Origin: Octopus sinensis
Taxonomy: Eukaryota
Direction: 5' to 3'
Assembly (NCBI RefSeq): GCF_006345805.1
Contig: NC_043021.1
Location: forward strand, 2,480,001 to 2,544,000
Length of the DNA: 64,000 nucleotides
Both the position numbers and the translations under genes were made by a program. The notes under the pieces were generated by a model. That model was given only the letters and a program-made list of their open reading frames with translations. It searched no databases and was not told the origin of the DNA. Shown here piece by piece: positions 25,001 to 34,967 of this stretch (its first letter is position 1; every line of letters starts with the position of its first letter).

Positions 25001-26050
25001 TGTCAGCATTAAAGACAGACATTAAATGATGACGACGACGATGATGATGATGTATATGTTTACATTCCGAGCCACAAATGGCGACATCTGTTGGCATGTG
25101 CTTTTGAACATGAGTGGAATGAAAATTCCCTTAATTGGAAAAAGGGCAAGGGTTAGCGAGAGGAAGAGCATCCACCTTCTGTCCATCATATGTATTTGCC
25201 AAAGCCAGGGAGCAATCAACATCATCATCGTTTAACGTCCGTTTTCCCGCGCTAGCACAGGTTGGACGGTTCGACCGGGGATCTGGGAAGCCAGAAGGCT
25301 GCACCAGGCTCCAGTCTGTTCTGGCAGTGTTTCTACAGCTGGATGCCCTTCCTAACGCCAACCACTCCGTGAGTGTAGTGGGTGCTTTTTACGTGCCACC
25401 GGCACAGGTGCCAGGGGAGTCTGGCATCGGCGACGATCGGTTGGTGCTTTTAATGAATACGTAAATAAATGGATGCAAAAGCACAATTGAGGGCACATCT
25501 TCAGAGAAACAATATTGATTAGTCAAGAGTTACAATTAAGATAACGACACTTGATAACAGAAAGGATTGGCAAAAATAAACAAACAATAAAAAAAACTCA
25601 CTTAAATATTGGTTTCAAATTCTGGCACAAGGCCAGCAATTTCAAGGGAGGGAGATGAGTCGATTACATCAACCCCAGTACACAACTGGTACTTAATTTA
25701 TCGACTCTGAAAGGATGAAAGGAAAAGTCAAACCTCGGTGGAATTTGAACTCAGAACAACATACAGACAGACGAAATGCCACTGAGCGTTTTTGTATCGC
25801 GTACTAACGATTCTGCCACCGCAATTAAGATAACGATACTTGATAACAGTAAGGTTTGGCAAAAATGAAAAAAAAAAAACGAAAAAAAAAACATAAAGAA
25901 TAAAACTCACTTAAAAAATTATATTGACACATCTAAATTGTAGAAGGAGATTACAAGGAGTTTTTCAGACTTCTCAATGATAAATCTTATCTTCAAATTC
26001 CCAACCGCAGTCTTAACTAGCAACAGACTACTACAGTTACAACAATAATA

Positions 26051-26081
<31 letters not shown>

Positions 26082-26322
26082 TCTATTCTTTGTTGATTTA
26101 CGGGGTGAGCGCGAACGCAGACCCCCACACTTAGAAATAGCGCACCCGAGTCGCCCACGGTTGGGGCGATCGCAAAGGTCAACCCCCACCGTAGTGCAAT
26201 GGAAGGGCCTCACTCTGGGAGAACCACCTTGCTGACATCATCATCAGCAGCAGCACCGCCACCACCACCACCAGGTTGTTGTGAATCGAGCTTTTCAACC
26301 ACACAATCACAACTGCACCAAT

Positions 26323-26360
<38 letters not shown>

Positions 26361-29300
26361 GAGGGTCTGGGGAAAAGAAAATTCAGGAGGATCAGTTAAT
26401 TATGATTTTAATCAACATATTCCCCTCTCAGATTCACACACTTATTGCAGCAGTCCTTCAGTTCTTTTAAGCCCTGTAAAAAAACTCAGAAGGTCGGGGC
26501 TCCAACCAGGCCTTTTGTGATACCCTAAAAGCCAGGAACTTGTCAGCACCCTCTTGTACATATGCACCTGGATATAGAAAATCAGGCACAGGAGGACAAC
26601 AAAGGAACATGCAAAAAAAAAATAGGAAAAAAACACGAAGGATATGGACCTGCTCATCCATCATCAGTTACTGACCAAAAATCATTACAATTTCGACACC
26701 TTATTGATAAATTTGGCAATATATCAACAGCAAAATACTGTTAGGATATAAGAGAGTAAACATGAATAAATCAAGTACAAGGAAACGTACAAAAGAAACA
26801 AGGTTTCTAGTAGGCCGAACAGTAATAAGGATAAATTATGATTTGATTAAAGTTTATAAACGCTTACCTGGCCCCTAACTGCATCATGTGTGAAAACATG
26901 CAGCTTATTGACTGATGATGACTCGTCTTGCCAACTGACTTGGTAACCTGCAACATTCAGAAGAGAATACTGAGAAACTGAAAGGAATCATAGAAATCTA
27001 ACCACACTGTAGTTAAGACACCCGTGCTGGTGACACGTAAAAAGCACCGTCCGAACGTGGCAGATGCCAGCAGTGCCTGGCTGGCATCCGTGTTGGTGAC
27101 ATGTAAAAAGTACTGGCCGAACGTGGCCGATGCCAGCGCCGCCTGGCTTGCGTCCGTGTTGGTGACACGTAAAAAGCACTGGCCGAACGTGGCAGATGCC
27201 AGCGCTGCCTGGCTGGCATCCATGTTGGTGACATGTAAAAAGTACTGGCCGAACGTGGCCGATGCCAGCGCCGCCTGGCTGGCGTCCGTGTTGGTGACAC
27301 GTAAAAAGCACTGGCCGAACGTGGCAGATGCCAGCAGTGCCTGGCTGGCATCCGTGTTGGTGACATGTAAAAAGTACTGGCCGAACGTGGCCGATGCCAG
27401 CGCCGCCTGGCTGGCGTCCGTGTTGGTGACACGTAAAAAGCACTGGCCGAACGTGGCAGATGCCAGCGCTGCCTGGCTGGCGTCCGTGTTGGTGACACGT
27501 AAAAAGCACTGGCCGAACGTGGCAGATGCCAGCACCGCCTGGCTGGCATCTGTGTCGGTGACACGTAAAAGCACCAACCAATCGTGGTCGTTTGCCAGCC
27601 TGCTCTGGCTCCAGTGCCGGTGGCGCGAAAGAAACACCCACTACACTCATGGAGTGGTTGGGCGTTAGGAAGGGCATCCAGCTCTAGAAACACTGCTAAA
27701 TCAGACTAGAGCTTGGTGCAGCCTCCATGGCTTCCAGATCCCAGTCGAACCATCCAACCCATGTTAGCATGGAAAACGGACATTAAATGATGATGATGAA
27801 TGCTATCTAACATTCAATAGCAAGCATCCGTGCCCTCAAAATGGTGCTGTTAACCCAGATTGCTGAAGAATTAACAGCACCATTTTGCACTGTTAACAGT
27901 TGCTGTTATCAAAGGCACCCAGTTTACTCTGTTATGTGGCTGGTGTTAAGAAAGGACATCAAACTGTAGAAACTAGATGCCAAAAGAGTTATAGAACATG
28001 GCTCAGTCCTCTGGATTATCAGTTCTTGTCAAACCATCCAAACCATCCCAGCATGGAAAATAAAAAGGACGTTCGGTGGTGTTAATGTTGCTTTCCATTT
28101 CCATCAACGAAAAACCAATCAGAAGACTAAAGTAGAAAACATTTTGGCACAAAGTATCCTTCAGTCATTCAGACTGGAACAATTATTCCAATAATTGGCC
28201 AAAGACTTGTTTTCTATATCATCATCATCATCATCGTCGTTTAACGTCCGCTTTCCATGCTAGCATGGGTTGGACGGTTCAACTGGGGTCTGGGAAGCCC
28301 GAAGGCTGCACCAGGCTCCAGTCAGATCTGGCAGAAGTGACTAGGGGCATCATGTGGTTTGGAGCCCCGTGCTACCTGAAACTATGTGCTTGGGAAACAA
28401 ACTTCTCCATCACATAGCCCACCCCGGCAACTAACTGGATTAAGAAATCCACTGATTAAAATTAACAAATCAACTGGGATAACCAGTCGTGTGATGCAAT
28501 GAAGAATGGTAAATGGAATCCGGACTAACCTTGAAATGCTTGGCTTCTGGCATTTTTGTCCAGTTCTTTGTACACAAGTGGTTCCATCTTCTTGAGGAAT
28601 GCTGCCAACTGAGGGGAGTCATCTTTCATAATTACCATTGGTACCGCTGAGTTGTTTGTGGTCTGACTCTGTACATTTAAATAACCAAACATTGAAGAAT
28701 CACAATGACGTAGAGGATAATCATTATCATCATCATCATCATTTAACATCTGCTTTCCATGCTGGCATGGGTTGGATGGTTTGACAGGAACCAATGTGCC
28801 ACAAGGCCACATCAAGCTCCAGTGTCGCCTTTGGCATGGCTTCTAGTGCCGAATGCCCACCTTTATGCCAACCCCTATACAATATGTACTGAGTGCCTTT
28901 ATCATGCCACCAGCACTGGAGGGGTTGCCAAACAACTGCCAAGACAGGAGAGAAGAAAGGCGGGGAAAAAGGGGACAAGGGACTAAGTGGGGAGGGGGGG
29001 TATTTGAGGTGGAGATGAGATTTTATTTTATGCCAAGGACTAGCAGAGGTGGTTTGCTATGGAGAAGATGCATGGCTATCCTGCATTTATATAAGGGTGG
29101 GATGGCGTATCTGGGGGGAAAAAAGGCAAGATGGTAGGAATGGCTTGACAAAGTAAAACCATGAGGATACAAGAGATGACCTCTAGTATCAGAGAACATT
29201 GTAACGTCCCCTTTTCCATGCTTGCAGGGGTTGGATGGAGTTTATTGAGACAGATTTTCTATACAACTTGATGCCCTTTCCAGTTGCCAACCTCCACCTT

Positions 29301-29583
29301 ATTTCCCCCGTGAAAGATTGGAAAGAAAAGACACCACTTCTACGACGGTGATATCAAGACAAGGAGACACACGCACACACACACATACTCTTTTACTTGT
29401 TTCAGTCATTTGACAGCGGCCATGCTGGAGCACCGCCTTTAGTCGAGCAAATCGACCCCGGGACTTATTCTTTGTAAGCCCAGTACTTATTCTATCGGTC
29501 TCTTTTTGCCGAACCGCTAAGTGACGGGGACGTAAACACACCAGCATCGGTTGTCAAGCAATGCTAGGGGGATAAACACAGAC

Positions 29584-29614
<31 letters not shown>

Positions 29615-32600
29615 CATATATACGACAGGCTTCTTTCAGTTTCCGTCTACCAAATCCACTCACAAGGCATTGGTCGGCCCGGGGCTATAGCAGAAGATAT
29701 TTGCCCAAGATGCCAAGCAGTGGGACTGAACCCGGAACCATGTGGTTGGTTAGCAAGCTACTTACCACACAGCCACTCCTGCGCCTGTATATAAATAATA
29801 TATAAGCATACACTACAACAGTACCATGAATGGCGGAGCCTCTACACCAAGGCTGGCCAACCTGAGGCCCACAGCCGGCAGACTTTTATCTTGCAGCCCA
29901 CTTGATACTTTCTTGAAATGGGTTTATTTAAACTAACATTCTAAAAATTTTATCAAAAGTTAAAGATTGTAAAGTAAAGTTAAAAACAAAAGATAATAGT
30001 TTTTGCAACGATATCAAGACAAGGCGCAGAAGTGGCTGTGTGGTAAGTAGCTTGTTTACCAACCACATGGTTCCGATGCTGGTGTGTTTACGTCCCCGTC
30101 ACTTAGCGGTTCGGCAAAAGAGACCAATAGAATAAGTACTAAGCTTACAAAGAATAAGTCCCGGGGTCGATTTGCTCGACTAAAGGCGGTGCTCCAGCAT
30201 GGCCGCAGTCAAATGACTGAAACAAGTAAAAAAGTAAAGAGAGTAAACTTCTTAAAATAATATTCAGAATGCCATATGTCTACTGAGTATAGAAGCAGAT
30301 GTGATACATTATCGTCATCATTTAACATCTGCTTCCCATGTGGTGGTGAGGTTGATGATGAGTGGACACAGAGGCCGTTCTCTGCCTCCGTGTCCACGAT
30401 CAGCATCTCCCCCACCAATACCCAATAGCCCTTACACAATTCACTTCGGTCATAAGCAACTCCCTCCACTAATAGAGAGAGGAATGCTGGATCCGTGGGT
30501 CGTTCAAAACATGTGGCTCATGTAGAACTGACCCAAGACTAACAGCAACAACAAACAAACAAACAAACAAAACATATACGTTACCCCACTTTCAACTTTC
30601 AGATTCGATTGTGATGCACTGTCCTCAACGGACAATGGTTTCGTCTGATTCCCAGCATCAACACAGTCCCTAGAAAAAAAGAAAAAATCATCTTTTTTGC
30701 ATGTGTAAAATATCTGATTTACCACCACTACCACCACCACCACCACCATCATCATTTAACATCCATTGTCCATGCGGGCATGGGTTTGACCAGAGCTAGG
30801 CAAGCAGGAGAGCTGCTCGACCCCCGCCCAGTCTAATTTGGTGTAGTTTCTATGGCTGGATGCCCTTCCTAACACAAACCACTTTACAGAATGTGCTGGG
30901 TGCTTTTGCATGGCACCGGCACACGTCTCTTGCAGATGAATCCCCTCTTCACCCCGGGGGAGTGGGCTTACCACCTCTGCTGTGGAGAATGGGTCTTCTT
31001 GAATAGAGCAAGACTCCAGGCAACTGGCATACAATTTATTGTTGTAGTACAAACATGTGTATACATTCAAACATCACAACTGTCTTTCCAAATCCTGTTG
31101 CATTCCATACAGAATTTTTGACCTTCCAAAGTCGTCTTAGCGTATAAGTAAATCTACCATTTCTAGCTGTAAATTTTGGTGTGAAAAATTCAACTTGCAT
31201 GCCAGAAAATACAGAATAATATTAAAAAAATATCAATAATTTTTAACAGAGGCACAAGGCCATACAAGAAGACTAGAATGGTTGATGAAAACAAAATCAG
31301 AAATGGTTTGGGGCTCATTATATATTTTATCAACTCTGAAAGGATTACTAGCAAAATAGCTTCATCAGAAAGTTGTAGACGAGTGTCACTGTCATACAAG
31401 CAGTGTCCTTCATTTCCAATCTTCCATGAAAACAGGTCTGGCCATGGAGGGGCAATATTGACCTTACTTAGAAACAGGTGAAGGTTGACAACAGGAAGGG
31501 CATCTGGGCACTGTAGAAAAGCTGCCTCAACACGTCCTATCCGACCCTTGTGGGTGTTAAATGATGATGATGGTGATTTTGAAATAAGGGATTGAAGGTG
31601 AGAAATTTGTAGGGCAGGAGGGGAGCCAAATGAATAGATTCAGCTAGTGACCTAGTATTTGTTTTCCTTGACCCCTGGGGGGATGAAGGGCAAAGTCAAT
31701 CTGATCAATGTTCGAAGGGTTCAAATAAGGGTGCCCAGCCAGAGAAACAGTGCCAAAGGGACACGGGAGTACAAGGCAGTCCTCTGAATTGTCAGATCCT
31801 ATCAAACTGTCCAACCTGAGCTAGCACGGAAGAGGGGCATTAGAAGACGACAGCAATGATGATGAACCGGTATTGGCCAGGTCAAAGGCGGCAAGCTGGC
31901 AGAAACGTTAGCACGCCGGACGAAATGCGTAGCCGTATTTTGTCTGCCGTTACGTTCTAAGTTCAAATTCCACCGAGGTCAACTTTGCCTTTCATCCTTT
32001 CGGGGTCGATAAATTAAGTACCAGTTACACACTGAGGTCGATGTAATCGACTTAATACCTATGTCTGTCCTTGTTTGTCCCCCTCTATGTTTAGCCCCTT
32101 GTGGGTAATAAAGAAATAGGTATCGGCCAGGTGTCCTTTACCCCGTGTCCAGAGTTCACAGTAGAACTGAACCTGAAACCATGCGACTGAATAGCAACCG
32201 CCTTAACCACAGAGTCACACTTACAACAACAACAACAACATGAACAAAAATAAAGTGACAATGCCATGACTCACGAGCTTACACTTAACACATAAAGAAT
32301 GAATTTCTTTGAAGAGCCATTTCAAGAGAAAATGAAAGTACAGTGAATGAGGAATATATATTTACTATTTGACAAGAAAAGAATGTCTTTTTGATATTCA
32401 ACCCACCTGAGGCTGACCATGGCTATATGACACGTTACATGTTTTCAAATATCTTTGAAGGAAGGTCTTTATATATATAGGGTGGGCCAGAATTCATGAC
32501 TCACTTGTTAGGTGTATTAATTAATACACATATTAAGAAATAAAATTATAAATGTAAACAATAGGTGCAGGAGTGGCTGTGTGGTAAGTAGCTTGCTTAC

Positions 32601-34927
32601 GAACCACATGGTTCCGGATTCAGTCCCACTGTGTGGCACCTTGGGCAAGTGTCTTCTACTATAGCCTCGGGCCGACCAAAGCCTTGTGAGTGGATTTGGT
32701 AGACGGAAACTGAAAGAAGCCCGTCGTATATATGTATGTGTGTCTGTGTTTGTCCCCCTAGCATTGCTTGACAACCGATGCTGGTGTGTTTACGTCCCCG
32801 TCACTTAGCGGTTCGGCAAAAGAGACCGATAGAATAAGTACTGAGCTTACAAAGAATAAGTCCCGGGGTCGAGTTGCTCGATTTAAGGCGGTGCTCCAGC
32901 ATGGCCGCAGTCAAATGACTGAAACAAGTAAAAGAGTAATACAGTAACAATAAAATAAGCATCTTGAGAAATAAAACTAATTAGGGAGTCGTTAATTCTG
33001 GCCGACCCCGTATATAAAAACCTTCCTTGAAAGCTTCATGTTATTTTATGCTTACAAGTACGTGGTTGCATAATGAGTTATTTTACTAAAAATCTTTATC
33101 TTTTTCAAAATTAATTGAAACAAGGAAAACCTGGGACGAGTTGGTGAAGCACAACCTTCGAACATTAGGTCTCACCGAGGCAATGACTAGTGACCGAGAC
33201 CTTTGGAAGTATGCTGTGCGTGAGAAGACCCGGCAGGACCAGTGAGGCCATAACCCATGGCCTCTATGCATACCTTTCCTTCTTGGGACACAAAACTCTG
33301 CTTATTGGGGTTGATGTAAACAACTAGCCCCCTTTCTCCAAAATTGCTGGCGTTGTGCCCAAATTTGAAACCAGTTTCTCCATTGTCAGACAAGTTTCCA
33401 TCTATGTGTGTGTGTTTGTGTGTCTTTGTTTGTCCCCCTAGCATTGCTTGACAACCGATGCTGGTGTGTTTACGTCCCTGTCACTTAGCGGTTCGGCAAA
33501 AGAGACCGATAGAATAAGTACTAGGCTTACAAAGAATAAGTTCCGGGGTCGATTTGCTCAACTAAAGGCTTTAGTTTAGCTGGCATTACGGAAGACACTT
33601 GCCCAAGGTGTTGCATAGGAGGACTGAACCTAAGACCTCATGGTTGAGAAGCAAGCTTCTTAACCACACATTGACACATACACCTATATAATTCCTCTGT
33701 GCATGTGCGTAACTTCATTAAAAATATACATTCTTAAGAAAGTTATGGAGAGAAAACCCAAGTGAGCAGGGCACACTTCTGTAGTTATGCCATAGTTGGA
33801 GTGTCAGTTCATCCTTGCTGGAGACAATATGCTTATGTGGTCTGGTCAGTAGCGAGTACCAAAGACCCAGGACAGTAAAACAAAAAACTGTCCTTCTATA
33901 CAAAATAGAAGGCTCTCAGAAGCTAGTGATTAATTTGCCGTGTAAGAGAAAATAAACTGTGGTGCCAACGCAATAGGACGGCTGGGAACCGACCAATAAT
34001 AACAACAGGTTCGTTTAATCACGAGGTCATGAACCACCAGAACAAAAAGGGCTTGAGGAGCCATTTTACGGGTATTTAAGCTTAGATGAGAAAAGAACGA
34101 AACCACCTTACACAATGACATTGTAAATCACTTCTGCTACAGTGAATAGATGTAGCGCTATGTGGTAAGGAAGTTTACTTCCTAACCACAAGATCGCGGG
34201 TTCTGTCCCACTGCATGGCACCTTGGGTAAATGTCTTCTACTATAGCCCGAAACCAACTAGGCAAAAATTGAAAGGACCCCTCTTGACTCTTTGATAGTC
34301 GTAAATGCCAGCGGTGTCTTTCATTCTCGATCTTCTGTGAAAGCACTGACTGGCCAGAATGAAAATTACCTTACTTGGAAAGGGGTCAGTGTTGGCGACA
34401 AGGGAATCTGGCTTAAAGAAATCTGCCTCAACAAGTTCCGTCCCAACACATGCAAGCATGGGAAAGTGGACATTAAAACAAATGATGTGTAGATAGATAG
34501 ATAAAGATAATTATGGCCTGTTTGTGGGGATACCTGCGGATTCGCGACCAGAAAGCGCTTAGCTTTACATACGTCTCGTCAGACCCTAATACTCTATAAC
34601 TTCTCTTTCGGATTTATGGTTTACTGATAATATATATAGGTACGCGAGTGCGCGCACCTGGCCCACTCTTCTTAAATAGTACCTATATATATATATATAT
34701 ATATATAGAAATACAATAAGAGGCTTCCAAATAGGAAAGCGTTGTGCTAGAAAGGGCAGAGATGGTAAACGAGAATTTATCCTTTTTTTGTGTGGTCTTT
34801 GAGTTTTCTACTACTCTTTCTAGCACAACGCTTTCCTATTTGGAAGCCTCTTATTGTATTTCTATATGAATAATATATAGTCTAAGACTAATTCGTTTTT
34901 TGTGGTAGGCCACTGGTAATAATCATT

Positions 34928-34967
<40 letters not shown>

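Noticed and set aside
26863-26872. CTTACCTGGC on the plus strand resembling the U1 5' end, near the U1 relic
   Set aside because: It is simply the antisense of the exon 4 donor (CAG|GTAAG) and is on the opposite strand from the U1 body.
26957-27693. 214-229 aa ORFs in four frames
   Set aside because: Translation of the 66-bp tandem array.
33718-34121. ORFs as candidate extra WDR34 exons
   Set aside because: Exon 1 (phase 2) joins exon 2 cleanly and these peptides show no WDR34 similarity.
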